Shown one piece after another: positions 10,537 through 20,564 of a stretch of DNA of 64,000 nt. The DNA comes from Roseburia sp. (GTDB lineage: Bacteria > Bacillota > Clostridia > Oscillospirales > Ruminococcaceae), in contig JAMPCH010000001.1 of assembly GCA_023666265.1 (NCBI GenBank), positions 87,808 through 151,807 on the forward strand, in the 5' to 3' direction. The translations under genes were made by a program, and so were the position numbers. The notes beneath the pieces are model-generated. The model was not told the origin of the DNA. It did no database searches and saw nothing but the letters and a program-made list of their open reading frames with translations. The stretch's first letter is position 1. Each line of letters opens with the position of its first letter.

Positions 10537-11010
10537 ATGACAAACAATGAGATCATGTCGCTGATCGATCGTTCTCTGTTTGCAACGATCGGTTATACGG
10601 ACGAAACGGGGAGGCAGAATGTTCGCAGGGTTTTCTGTGTATGGCACAAAGGATTGGGCAGACATCTCATATCGACAAATACAAGCTCGGCTCATGTTCA
10701 AAGCCTCATAAAGAACGGAAACGCGTGTCTTTATTTTTCGGACGATGTAACATTTGAGGGGATCTGTTTATACGGGAATGTTGTGATCCACTTTGAAAGA
10801 GAAGTTAAAGAGCTTCTCTGGAACGAAGGTGATGAGAAGTATTATCCGAAGGGAATAGACGATGAGGATTATTGCGTGATGGAATTTATCGCGAAAGACG
10901 GGCGCTTTTATCGCTACGACGGGAAGGGGGATCTGTCGAGCGATGAGATCTCCTCGTTTGATAAAGGCAAGGAATTTGAAAACGGATATTCCAAAATCGG
11001 AAAGTCGTAA
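10537..11010 (+). CDS. Pyridoxamine 5'-phosphate oxidase-like (FMN-binding split-barrel; Nim-like fold) protein
   Basis: About 158 aa. RBS gaggagga 6 nt upstream of the ATG. Sequence pattern typical of PNPOx-like small proteins. Confidence 0.55.
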   Translation: MTNNEIMSLIDRSLFATIGYTDETGRQNVRRVFCVWHKGLGRHLISTNTSSAHVQSLIKNGNACLYFSDDVTFEGICLYGNVVIHFEREVKELLWNEGDEKYYPKGIDDEDYCVMEFIAKDGRFYRYDGKGDLSSDEISSFDKGKEFENGYSKIGKS

Positions 11011-11049
11011 TATGGATGGATAGCGGAGATAAGACGAAAGGAGCGGATC

Positions 11050-11580
11050 ATGAAAATAATAGCGATCGGAGCCGTGACGGCGGGCGGAAAAACAACGGTT
11101 GTAAACGCTGTAAAAGAACGGCTGACAAGAACGGCGTCGCTTCACTTTGACGATTATTCATTCGAGGGAGAGGTCGAGGACTTCCCAAAATGGATATCGG
11201 AAGGGGCGGATGTTCACGTATGGGATCTATCTCCGCTAAAAACGGATATCGAAAGGATCATTCACAGCGGCGAATATGACTATCTATTGTTGGATTATCC
11301 GTTCGCGTACCAACACCAAACGATCAAGGACTATTTGGATCGCTGTATATTTATCGATACGCCGTTGGATATAGCGATGGCTCGAAGGATTCTCAGAGAC
11401 ATGAAAGAGGCTACGGCGGATGAAATTCGCAATGAGCTGGATAACTATTTAAAATATACAAGAGTCGCTTATGCTCAAATGTCGGAAGATCCGGCTTCCG
11501 ATTATGATTATGTGATCGACGGCGCAAAGGAGCTTGAGGACATTGTCAACGAAGTTATGGAGATTGTTTTAAGGCGCTGA
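11050..11580 (+). CDS. P-loop NTPase / small-molecule or nucleoside kinase-like protein
   Basis: Walker A motif IAIGAVTAGGKTT at the N-terminus. 176 aa. Confidence 0.55.
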   Translation: MKIIAIGAVTAGGKTTVVNAVKERLTRTASLHFDDYSFEGEVEDFPKWISEGADVHVWDLSPLKTDIERIIHSGEYDYLLLDYPFAYQHQTIKDYLDRCIFIDTPLDIAMARRILRDMKEATADEIRNELDNYLKYTRVAYAQMSEDPASDYDYVIDGAKELEDIVNEVMEIVLRR

Positions 11581-11648
11581 ACTTCGACTGACAGGGCAAA
11601 GCGACGGTAAGCGAAAAAGCGGAAAAGCGGAAAGGAGCATTCATAACA

Positions 11649-12281
11649 ATGGCTTTTGACTATAAAAAGGAATATAAGGAATACTATATGCCGCCCAAAA
11701 CGCCGACGATCGTCACGATACCGCCGATGAATTACATCGCCGTTCGGGGTAGGGGAGACCCGAACTCGGAGGACGGCGAATACAAGCGGTCGATCGGGCT
11801 TTTGTACGGGATCGCGTTTACGATCAAGATGAGTAAAAAGGGAGATCATCGGATCGAGGGGTATTTTGATTACGTCGTACCGCCGCTCGAGGGCTTTTGG
11901 TGGCAGGACGGGGCGAAAAATATAGACTATTTGCATAAAGAAAATTTTAGGTGGCTGTCGCTGATCCGCCTGCCCGACTTCGTCGGAAAAGCCGATTTTG
12001 ACTGGGCGGTCGAGGAAGCGACCCAAAAGAAGAAAACGGATTTTTCCAAGGCGGAGTTTTTGCGCTATGACGAGGGATTATGCGTACAATGTATGCACAT
12101 CGGGAGCTATGACGACGAGCCGGAGACCGTTCGGCTCATGAATGAGTTCGCGGAACGGGAAGGGTATGCGCCGGATATTTCGGACAAGCGCTTTCACCAC
12201 GAAATATATCTCTCGGACGCAAGACGCGTCGCTCCCGAAAAGCTGAAAACGGTTATTCGTCATCCTATAAAGAAGTTATAA
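11649..12281 (+). CDS. GyrI-like small-molecule-binding domain protein
   Basis: 210 aa. Pattern typical of the GyrI-like/AraC effector-binding fold (YF..PP..G.WWQDG). Confidence 0.5.
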   Translation: MAFDYKKEYKEYYMPPKTPTIVTIPPMNYIAVRGRGDPNSEDGEYKRSIGLLYGIAFTIKMSKKGDHRIEGYFDYVVPPLEGFWWQDGAKNIDYLHKENFRWLSLIRLPDFVGKADFDWAVEEATQKKKTDFSKAEFLRYDEGLCVQCMHIGSYDDEPETVRLMNEFAEREGYAPDISDKRFHHEIYLSDARRVAPEKLKTVIRHPIKKL

Positions 12282-12342
12282 GGTCTTATCGAAGCAACAA
12301 AGCCCGAAAGCGGTCTTATCCGACCACTTTCGGGCTGTAGTT

Positions 12343-13725
12343 TTATGGTTGATCATCATTTACCGACGGTTCGACAATATTCAGGCGAATGTCGTCGAGT
12401 CCGCTTTCGAGCGACAACCAGTTTTTGACAGCCTGCTCTTCTTCGGCGGTAAGCGGTTCGGCGGCGTTAGCGGTGAGCAGTATGTACTCCCCGTTCCCGG
12501 TCGAAATAAGTCCGCACCCGCAGTCGGTAAGCTTGGTGAAAATTTGTTCTACATCGCTTGAAAGTACGTTATAATCAACCTTTTCAGCCAATTGCTCGCG
12601 CATTTCGTCGATGGTCTTCGCCTGTTCGTCGAGTGTTTTTTGCTGTTCGGTGAGCCGATCCTGTAATTGTCCTATTGTATTTTCCTGTAATGCTATCGTG
12701 ACCTTGTCGGTGTTTTCGATCTCTGTTATCCTATTTTGCGTTACGTGGAGCGTGTAATCCTTGAGATCATACCGCGTCAGTTCCTGTTCGAGGCGCGCTA
12801 TAACATCGTCGGAGATCGTTGCGCCCACCAGCGATACGGAGATCACGTGATTAACGTGATCGGTGCTGCTCTGAACCATTTGTGTGTCGGTGAACACCAT
12901 TTCGTTCGATAAATAATTTGAAACCTTCCGCTCCATAGCGCTGCTAAAAACGGTTATCCCGCCAACAAGTATACTTGGGATTATTGTGATAACAGTAATG
13001 GACGTGATAACTCGTTTTATACGCTTTTGTTTTTTCCTGTCAAGAACGTCGTGGGTCGGAACACGCAACAGCCTTGTCACAAACGCCGACGAGAGCATAA
13101 TAAACAGCGTATTTATCGCGAATAAATAAAACGCACCGAGAAAAAACCGAAGCTGTAAGGTAGCGATACCATAGCCCGCTGTGCAAAGCGGCGGCATAAG
13201 CGCGGTAGCGATAGCGACACCCGGGATAACGTTGCTCTTTTTTTGGCGCGTGTTGCCGATCATTCCCGCGACACCACCGAAGAGCGCGATCAGCACGTCC
13301 CAAAGCGTAGGGCTTGTTCGCGCTATCATCTCGCTTGTCGGATCGTCAAGAGGAGTAATCAAAAAGTATATTGTCGATGTGATCAGACTGATAACGACCT
13401 GTGTCACAAAGCCGGTAAACGCTTTACGCAGCATAGTCAAATCGCACGTCGCGAGGGAATAACCCATCGTCAAAATTCCGCTCATCAGTGGCGAAATGAG
13501 CATCGCCCCGATTATTACCGCCGTTGAGTTTACGTTCAGTCCGATGGACGCGATTAGGATCGCCAGCATCAATATCCACATATTCGAGCCGTGGATGATG
13601 GTGTTTTCCTCCATCATCTCACATAGCTCCTCGTGGCTCATCATATCCCCGCGGATATTGAGCAGATTGCGGAAATATTTTTTTATCGCGTTTTTTCGGC
13701 TTGTCGTTTTTGTCGACACTGTCAA
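12343..13725 (-). CDS. DUF389 (TIGR00341) family integral membrane protein with C-terminal coiled-coil extension
   Basis: Multiple TM segments (LISPLMSGILTMGYSL...PPLCTAGYGIAT) characteristic of DUF389. C-terminal Q/E-rich helix. Confidence 0.65.
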   Translation of the reverse strand: MTVSTKTTSRKNAIKKYFRNLLNIRGDMMSHEELCEMMEENTIIHGSNMWILMLAILIASIGLNVNSTAVIIGAMLISPLMSGILTMGYSLATCDLTMLRKAFTGFVTQVVISLITSTIYFLITPLDDPTSEMIARTSPTLWDVLIALFGGVAGMIGNTRQKKSNVIPGVAIATALMPPLCTAGYGIATLQLRFFLGAFYLFAINTLFIMLSSAFVTRLLRVPTHDVLDRKKQKRIKRVITSITVITIIPSILVGGITVFSSAMERKVSNYLSNEMVFTDTQMVQSSTDHVNHVISVSLVGATISDDVIARLEQELTRYDLKDYTLHVTQNRITEIENTDKVTIALQENTIGQLQDRLTEQQKTLDEQAKTIDEMREQLAEKVDYNVLSSDVEQIFTKLTDCGCGLISTGNGEYILLTANAAEPLTAEEEQAVKNWLSLESGLDDIRLNIVEPSVNDDQP

Positions 13726-13793
13726 AACCTCTTTTCAAAAAAGTGATCCGATCGGTAAAGCAGTACAAGGATACGCAGTATACTGCTCGTACA

Positions 13794-15023
13794 CTACTTA
13801 CCGAAATTCATTTTTCGCTCGTTATCCGACGGCTTTCGTAAGATCGAATTTTTGGGAAAGTCCGCCTTAATGGGGAAGGTGATCCGCTCCATCGCGTGAT
13901 TGGCGGCGTGAATTTTTTCCCCCTTTTCGTTGTACATTTCCGTCGGGGTAAAGCGGATCGGCTTACGCCCCGGGGAAAGGATCTCAAGTTCGTCGTCCAA
14001 TGTGAAGTAATTCCGCTGGATCACGGTCACTTTTCCCTCCGAACAGCCTTCGATCGTTCCGACGAAATCGCAGTCGCGGAAATAACGACTGCTTTCGTAG
14101 TATTGCGCCGCGTCCTCACGATCGAAGAAAAAGCCGGTACAGTACGGGCGGTGGCTGACCTTATCGACCTCCTCTCTCGTCCACTTCGGCGCGCTTTCGC
14201 CGCGAATCGCATGATCGAGCGCACAGCGATAGGCGTTCGTAACGATCGCGGTATAATAAGCGGATTTCGCCCGTCCCTCGATCTTGAGGCTGTCCGCGCC
14301 TGCCTCTAAAAGGGCGGGAAGATGTTCGATCATACAAAGATCGCGGGCGTTTAAGATATAGCTCCCGCGATCGTCCTCGGCGATCTCGTATCGCTCGCCT
14401 GGTCGCGTTTCCTCCGTTAAGTAATATTTCCAGCGACAGGGCTGAGCGCATTCTCCGCGATTCGCGTCGCGCTTTGCCAAATATTTCGACAAAAGACAGC
14501 GCCCCGAAAAGGAAACGCACATCGCCCCGTGGACGAATACCTCAAGCTCAAGCTCGGGCGGCGTATTCTTACGGATCTTACGAAGCTCGTCGAGACTTAC
14601 CTCACGCGCTAAGACGACGCGCTTCGCGCCGAGCCGATACAATTCGTTCGCGGTCTCATAATTCATGACCCCGACTTGGGTAGACATATGGATCTCGAGG
14701 TCGGGCGCGTATTTTTTTGTGAAAGAGAGTACGCCGAGGTCGGCGACGATCGCCGCGTCGATCCCCGCGTCGGCGGCGGAACGGATAAAGCGCGGATATA
14801 AGGCGATCTCGTCGTTCGTCGGGACGGTGTTACAGGTCAGATAGACCTTTACGCCCCGTTTATGCGCGTAGGCGACGGCGCGTGAAAGCTCCTCGGGATC
14901 AAAATTTTTGGGATTCGCCCGCATACCGAAGGCTTGTCCCCCGAGATATACCGCGTCACAGCCGTAATCGACGGCGGCCTCGAGGCTCTCATATTCGCCC
15001 GCCGGCGAAAGAAGCTCAGCCAA
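13794..15023 (-). CDS. Peptidase U32 family protein (collagenase-like)
   Basis: MAELLSPAG...YLGG..FGMRA...E...H..GVKVYLT.NT signature of U32. 409 aa. Confidence 0.85.
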   Translation of the reverse strand: MAELLSPAGEYESLEAAVDYGCDAVYLGGQAFGMRANPKNFDPEELSRAVAYAHKRGVKVYLTCNTVPTNDEIALYPRFIRSAADAGIDAAIVADLGVLSFTKKYAPDLEIHMSTQVGVMNYETANELYRLGAKRVVLAREVSLDELRKIRKNTPPELELEVFVHGAMCVSFSGRCLLSKYLAKRDANRGECAQPCRWKYYLTEETRPGERYEIAEDDRGSYILNARDLCMIEHLPALLEAGADSLKIEGRAKSAYYTAIVTNAYRCALDHAIRGESAPKWTREEVDKVSHRPYCTGFFFDREDAAQYYESSRYFRDCDFVGTIEGCSEGKVTVIQRNYFTLDDELEILSPGRKPIRFTPTEMYNEKGEKIHAANHAMERITFPIKADFPKNSILRKPSDNERKMNFGK

Positions 15024-15054
15024 GCTTGATCTCCTCCTTTCCGATCCGTTCCGA

Positions 15055-15294
15055 TCAAAGCACCGTATAAAGATCCGAGGCGCCGTCCTTCCCGACGACC
15101 TCCGCGACCTTAACGACCTTTACTCTGAGCGGTGTCTTCCCGATATTGATCTCGATAACGTCCTCGGGCTTTACCTCATAAGAGGCGCGGGCGATCTTAC
15201 CGTTTACGGTGATCTTTTCCGCGTCACAGGCTTCGTTCGCGACCGTTCTTCTTTTGATAAGGCGCGAAACCTTTAAATATTTATCCAGTCTCAT
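15055..15294 (-). CDS. S4-domain RNA-binding protein
   Basis: MRLDKYLKVSRLIKRRTVANE... S4 domain. 79 aa. Confidence 0.8.
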   Translation of the reverse strand: MRLDKYLKVSRLIKRRTVANEACDAEKITVNGKIARASYEVKPEDVIEINIGKTPLRVKVVKVAEVVGKDGASDLYTVL

Positions 15295-15434
15295 TTTTAT
15301 GAACCTTCCTTCCCGAAATTTGTACGGTTTTTGTATATCGGTTAAAATTCTTTAAAAATAAAAAACGGATTGTTCTGAACACCGCCAACCGCGCCGACAC
15401 AGCAATCCGTTTCATTTCAAAATAAGCGATAAAT

Positions 15435-15710
15435 TTACTTTGCAACAGCGTCCTTTAACGCTCTACCCGCCTTAAACGCGGGGATCTTTGCCGCCTCGAT
15501 GGAGATCTTTTCCTTCGTCTGCGGGTTGATGCCTTCGCGAGCCTTCCGTTCACGTACCTCAAATGTTCCAAAGCCTACAAGCTGTACCTTATCACCCTTC
15601 GCGAGCGTGTCGGTGATCGTGTCGATAACCGCCGTGAGTGCGGCGTTTGCGTCCTTCTTACTGATTCCCGCCTTGTCTGCTACTGCCGTAATGAATTCTG
15701 CCTTTGTCAT
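15435..15710 (-). CDS. hup: DNA-binding protein HU
   Basis: MTKAEFI..VA....SKKDA..AL......I...L..GDKVQLVGFGTFEVRER.AR.GRNPQT canonical HU. Confidence 0.95.
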   Translation of the reverse strand: MTKAEFITAVADKAGISKKDANAALTAVIDTITDTLAKGDKVQLVGFGTFEVRERKAREGINPQTKEKISIEAAKIPAFKAGRALKDAVAK

Positions 15711-15758
15711 TTTAAACCTCCAAAAAATAAATCCTTTCCGTACCAGCCGGTCGTCGTC

Positions 15759-16553
15759 TTAAATCGAGGAATCCCGAACCGTTTCCCAAAAGTCGCGCAG
15801 CTCGCTTTGAGATAAATCCGAAAAAAACCTTCCCTCTTTCTCGGCTAGGGTCTCGACCTGACTAAATTGTATTATAAACCGATTTATCGCAAATGTCAAG
15901 GCTTTTTCACTATCTTTTTTCAAAAATCTTGCCAAGTTTGTGCAGTAGAACAAAATATTCCCTAATTCTTCCTCTGTCTTTATATCGTTTTCCTCTAAAA
16001 CGGCGCTTTCGAGCGATGCGATCCCTCCCTTTACGGTCGCTATGATCTCGCCCGCGTCGGGATAGTCGTGACCCGCGTTCGTCGCACGCTTCCATACCTT
16101 CTCGCCCCGCATCAGCGCGGGAAGCAGCTTCGGGACGCTGTTTAGGCGATCCGTAACGCTTTTTTCCTCCTTCGACTTACTTTTCAGCGAGTCCCAGTTA
16201 CGAAGCACCTCGTCGGAATCCGATACCCGGACCGAGCCGAACACGTGCGGGTGACGGTAGATCAGCTTTTTACAGATCCCGTCCGCGACGTCGTCGAGAT
16301 CAAAAACACCCTTCTCCGCCTCAAGCTCGCTATGAAAGATCACTTGAAGTAAAAGGTCGCCCAACTCCTCCTTTAAAAGATCGGGGTCGTCGCTGTCGAT
16401 CGCCTCGGCGACCTCATAAGCCTCCTCTAAAACGTCCTTTCGGATCGAGTGGTGATCCTGTTCTCTGTCCCAAGGACAGCCATGGTCGCTCCGAAGCTCC
16501 TTCATGATCTCGCGGAGATCGTCCACCGTATATTTTTCCTTCATTTTAAACAT
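15759..16553 (-). CDS. mazG: Nucleoside triphosphate pyrophosphohydrolase MazG
   Basis: GCPWDREQ...EEAYE...LGDLLLQVIF...RHPHVFG tandem MazG motifs. Confidence 0.9.
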   Translation of the reverse strand: MFKMKEKYTVDDLREIMKELRSDHGCPWDREQDHHSIRKDVLEEAYEVAEAIDSDDPDLLKEELGDLLLQVIFHSELEAEKGVFDLDDVADGICKKLIYRHPHVFGSVRVSDSDEVLRNWDSLKSKSKEEKSVTDRLNSVPKLLPALMRGEKVWKRATNAGHDYPDAGEIIATVKGGIASLESAVLEENDIKTEEELGNILFYCTNLARFLKKDSEKALTFAINRFIIQFSQVETLAEKEGRFFSDLSQSELRDFWETVRDSSI

Positions 16554-16578
16554 CTTGTATCTTCCTTTCCGTTTTCCT

Positions 16579-18273
16579 TTATTTTACAACTTTTTCGGGG
16601 ATTTTACAAGGCTTTTTTTCATTTTTTCCCCAAAGATCCCGAAAAATTTCGCCAAGCTCCCGCGCGTCAAAGAGAAAGAGCAGGAATAAATAAAGGAAGG
16701 ACGCGATCCCCAAAGGAAGGAGTACGCCCGGGATCGATCCGAGCTTCTCGGAAACGATCGGGTATATAAAGGAAAGGCAGGCGGCGCAGATCGTCCCCGC
16801 CAGCAGGGACGGGAGGGTGGCGGAGAATAACGGGAGCTTCAGCGCTCGCCGCTTTTTGAGCGAGTAATACGCGAACCCCGTGATCGCGATGTTTGAGATC
16901 ACGGTCGCGAGCGCCGCGCCGGAAATATTGATCGTCGGGATCGTAAGAAGCGCCACATTCAATAAAAACTTGGTTAGTCCGCCGTAGAGGGTCAGCTTTA
17001 CGGGTGTTTTAAAATCGCCGTAAGCGTGAAATAAGGTAAAGATCGCCCCGCCGAGTCCGCTTATGACTCCGCCGAGACTAAGGATACGTAGCGGAAGGAC
17101 GCTTACCGCGACCTCGGCGGCTCGGATCGGGTAAAGGAGGCGAAGGATCGGCTCGGACAGTACCGCCATCATCAGCGAGATCGGTACGGCGATCAGCGCC
17201 GTTCCCTTTAACATCAGCGTAACGCATCGTTCCAAGTGATCCGGGCGATCCGTCTCCACCGCGAAGACGAGCTTGGGGAGCGAGCATCGCGCGATCAGCC
17301 CCGCCGCCGCCGAGGTCAGCATATAGACGGAAAGCACAAGCCCCGAATAGCTTCCGTACAGGAAATTCCCCGGGTCGGCGGGCGCGGAGGAGAGCGCCGC
17401 CGAAAGCGAGGGAACGGACGAAAAGGTATCGGGAAACAAGCTTCGCGATAGGTTGATACAGTTTGAAACGGTGAGAAGGTCGGTAAAGGAGATCAGGTTA
17501 GAGGCGGCGGCGCCCGCCGCGACGGGGAGCGAGCGGAGGAAAATATCCTTCATGATCTCCGCCGTTTCCTCAAAAGGAACTTTCGGGAGCTTTACGCCCC
17601 TTCGAGCGGTCTTTGTTTCCCGGCGAACCTTTCGGACGATATAAAACGTCCCGCAGTATTCGCCGATCGTAACGCCGAGGATCGCCGCCGCCGCCGCGTA
17701 GGGGAGCGCTTTTTCGGCGCTGTCAAAATATTCCGCTCCGCGAATATACACAAAGTAAGAAGCGCCGACGCCGATCCCCGCTTTTACCGCCGCCTCGATG
17801 ATCTGAGACGCGGCGGTCGGGAGCATATCGGACATTCCCTCGTAATATCCCCGATAGACCGCCGTGACCGAACAGCTGAAAACGGCGGGCGCGATCATCA
17901 AGATCGCGGGGAGGCTTCCCGGCGAATTGGCGACATAGTAGGCGAAGGGAGCGGAGATCATATAAATGACCGCCGTCCCCGCCAGACCGATCCCCCCGCC
18001 GAGTAAGATCGCGCTTCGGCGAAAGCGGAAGATCTCGCGGTATTTTCCCTGCGCGGCGTACCGCGCGGTGACTTGGGTCACGATCGTCGGGATACCCGAA
18101 CAGGTAAACGCGAGGATCGGCGTAAATATACTGTACGCGGTCGTAAAATAGCCCATTCCTTCTCCGCCGAGAATATTACCGAGCGGGATCTTTAATACAG
18201 CCCCTAAGCCCTTCGTGATAAACATCGCGATAAACATGATCGCCGCGTTCAGCGCAAATCCTTTTTTCTTCAT
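16579..18273 (-). CDS. MOP-superfamily flippase (stage V sporulation protein B-like / polysaccharide biosynthesis protein)
   Basis: 564 aa, around 14 TM helices. Position next to mazG matches the clostridial spoVB context. Confidence 0.7.
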   Translation of the reverse strand: MKKKGFALNAAIMFIAMFITKGLGAVLKIPLGNILGGEGMGYFTTAYSIFTPILAFTCSGIPTIVTQVTARYAAQGKYREIFRFRRSAILLGGGIGLAGTAVIYMISAPFAYYVANSPGSLPAILMIAPAVFSCSVTAVYRGYYEGMSDMLPTAASQIIEAAVKAGIGVGASYFVYIRGAEYFDSAEKALPYAAAAAILGVTIGEYCGTFYIVRKVRRETKTARRGVKLPKVPFEETAEIMKDIFLRSLPVAAGAAASNLISFTDLLTVSNCINLSRSLFPDTFSSVPSLSAALSSAPADPGNFLYGSYSGLVLSVYMLTSAAAGLIARCSLPKLVFAVETDRPDHLERCVTLMLKGTALIAVPISLMMAVLSEPILRLLYPIRAAEVAVSVLPLRILSLGGVISGLGGAIFTLFHAYGDFKTPVKLTLYGGLTKFLLNVALLTIPTINISGAALATVISNIAITGFAYYSLKKRRALKLPLFSATLPSLLAGTICAACLSFIYPIVSEKLGSIPGVLLPLGIASFLYLFLLFLFDARELGEIFRDLWGKNEKKPCKIPEKVVK

Positions 18274-18395
18274 AGCCTACCTCCCGGATTCCGATACGTC
18301 GGATAATATAATATATTGCCGTTTGTCCGATTTCATTCTTTTTTGGCGGGGAAGAAGTCCTTCCCAAGAAATATCTCGTCCAAAAATTCCTTTTT

Positions 18396-18424
18396 TGCTT
18401 GACGTAAAAGGAGAAATATGGTAA
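18396..18424 (+). promoter_or_regulatory. Promoter TTGACG-17-TAAAAT upstream of the tmk-like gene
   Basis: ttgacgtaaaaggagaaatatggtaaaat. Confidence 0.5.
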
Positions 18425-18468
18425 AATAATACAGAAAACATTTGAGTCGCTTTTAGGAAAGGGTTTTT

Positions 18469-19128
18469 ATGCTGATCGTTATAGAGGGGCTGGACGGCTG
18501 CGGTAAATCGACCCAGCTCGAGCTCCTTAAAAAAACATACACAAACGCTCATTTTATCACCTTCCCGTATTATAATACCCATAGCGGGCGGATCATCAGC
18601 GATTATCTCGCCGATCGCTATCGCGAAAGCGACCCCGGCGTCAGCGCGTATTCCGCGAGCGCCATGTACGCGGTCGATCGATACACGAGTTATAAAACAC
18701 ATTGGGAAGCGCTTTATCAAAGCGGAGCGCCGCTTTTTTCGGCGAGGTATACCTCCTCAAACGCGATCTATCAGATGACGAAGCTGACGCGGGAGGATTG
18801 GGACGGTTATCTCGCGTGGCTTTTTGACTTTGAATATAAAAAGCTCGGGCTTCCCGAGCCGGATCTGACGATCTTCCTTGATATGCCGATCGCGATCTCT
18901 CAGAGGCTCTTAACGGAGCGGTACGGCGGGGAGGAAGAAAAAAAGGATCTCCACGAACGAAACGTTCCTTTTTTAAACGCCTGCCGTGAGGCGGCGCTTT
19001 ATGTCGGGGAACGCTTTGGCTGGGAAACGATCCGTTGTGATCGGGACGGCGAGCCGCGACGCGCGGAGGAGATCGGAGAAGAGATCCTTAAAATATTAAG
19101 AAAAAGGAAGATAGAGACCAATGCTTGA
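18469..19128 (+). CDS. tmk: Thymidylate kinase-like P-loop kinase
   Basis: MLIVIEGLDGCGKSTQ N-terminus (dTMP kinase P-loop). 219 aa. Confidence 0.7.
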   Translation: MLIVIEGLDGCGKSTQLELLKKTYTNAHFITFPYYNTHSGRIISDYLADRYRESDPGVSAYSASAMYAVDRYTSYKTHWEALYQSGAPLFSARYTSSNAIYQMTKLTREDWDGYLAWLFDFEYKKLGLPEPDLTIFLDMPIAISQRLLTERYGGEEEKKDLHERNVPFLNACREAALYVGERFGWETIRCDRDGEPRRAEEIGEEILKILRKRKIETNA

Positions 19129-19999
19129 ATTCAGACCGATCCTTCTTTCGGATAAGGCGTGGGCGGACGAGCTTCTCGCTTTTTCGGATTTTCGCGGCTG
19201 TGAATACAGCTTCGGGAACAATTATTGTTGGCAGGAGGTCTTTGAGACCCGTATTTGTCGTTATAAGGATTTTTATCTGATCCGTAATAAAAACGGCCTC
19301 TTTTTCCCCGCAGGGCGGGGCGATCTCGCGGAGGTTCTTCGCGAGCTTCGGGAATATTGTAAGGAAAATTCCGTCCCCTTTTTCTTTACGACCATGAATA
19401 AGCTGTCCATGCTGACGTTAAAGGAGCTCTACGGCGCAAGCGCCGAGGTAGACACAAATCCCGACTGGTACGATTATATTTATGAATATCGCGCGCTGAC
19501 CGAGCTCAGCGGGAAAAAATATCACGCCAAGCGAAATCATATCGCGCGGTTCAGCGAAAATAACTGGAGCTATGAGGAGATCACGCTTGAAAATATTGAC
19601 GAATGTCGCGAAATGAACGAGGAATGGCGTCGTCGGAACGTTTGTGAATGTCCGGGCGATACGGATAAAAGCGACGAGGTCTGTGCGGTACGAAAAGGCT
19701 TGGATCATTTTTTTGAACTCGGGCTTATCGGCGGGCTGATCCGCGTGAACGGCTCGATACAGGCGTTCACCTTCGGCGAAAGAGTAAACAGCGACACTTT
19801 CGTCGTCCACGCCGAAAAAGCCTTCACCGATTATCAGGGCGCGTATCCGATGATCAACCGCCGATTTCTTTTACATTCCTGTCGGGATTACCGCTATATC
19901 AACCGCGAGGAGGATATGGGGGAAGCAAATTTAAGAAAAGCGAAGCAGTCGTACTATCCCTGCTTCATGGAAGAAAAATTCAGCGTAAGGATCGTCTGA
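19121..19999 (+). CDS. DUF2156 (lysyl-PG synthase C-terminal-like, GNAT fold) protein
   Basis: 292 aa. Pattern consistent with standalone DUF2156 proteins of Firmicutes. Confidence 0.5.
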   Translation: MLEFRPILLSDKAWADELLAFSDFRGCEYSFGNNYCWQEVFETRICRYKDFYLIRNKNGLFFPAGRGDLAEVLRELREYCKENSVPFFFTTMNKLSMLTLKELYGASAEVDTNPDWYDYIYEYRALTELSGKKYHAKRNHIARFSENNWSYEEITLENIDECREMNEEWRRRNVCECPGDTDKSDEVCAVRKGLDHFFELGLIGGLIRVNGSIQAFTFGERVNSDTFVVHAEKAFTDYQGAYPMINRRFLLHSCRDYRYINREEDMGEANLRKAKQSYYPCFMEEKFSVRIV

Positions 20000-20021
20000 A
20001 CGGAAGGAAAGGAAAAACGTA

Positions 20022-20564
20022 ATGGTTTATTGTTTTTTAGCGAACGGGTTTGAGGAAACGGAGGCGATCGCCCCGATCGATATTTTACGTAGGAGCGAGA
20101 TCAAGGTCGTTACCGTCGGGATCGGCGAGGAGGTCGTCGTAAGCTCTCACGGGGTCGCCGTGATCCCCGATATTACCGAGGTGGATTTCGTCCCGACCGA
20201 GGAGCTTGAAATGATCCTTTTACCCGGGGGGATGCCCGGAACGCTCAATCTCGAGAAAAGCCGAACCGTGCGGGACGCGATCGACTACTGCGTCAAAAAC
20301 GACCGATATATCGCCGCGATCTGCGCGGCGCCGTCGATCCTCGGTAAAATGGATCTTTTAGTCGGGAAAAAGGCGACCTGTTTCCCCGGGTTTGAGAAAT
20401 TCCTAAACGGCGCGGAGGTCTCCGACGCGCTCACCGTCCGCGACGGTAAGATCATTACCGCGAAGGGCGCGGGAGCGGCGATCGAGTTCGGTTTGACGCT
20501 ATCGGCGGCGCTGGCGGGCGAAGAGACCGCCGCGAAGGTCCGCGAGGCGATCCAATGTCGATAG
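20022..20564 (+). CDS. DJ-1/PfpI (ThiJ) family protein
   Basis: VYCFLANGFEETEAIAPIDILRR...AAICAAP with conserved nucleophile-elbow Cys. Confidence 0.85.
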   Translation: MVYCFLANGFEETEAIAPIDILRRSEIKVVTVGIGEEVVVSSHGVAVIPDITEVDFVPTEELEMILLPGGMPGTLNLEKSRTVRDAIDYCVKNDRYIAAICAAPSILGKMDLLVGKKATCFPGFEKFLNGAEVSDALTVRDGKIITAKGAGAAIEFGLTLSAALAGEETAAKVREAIQCR

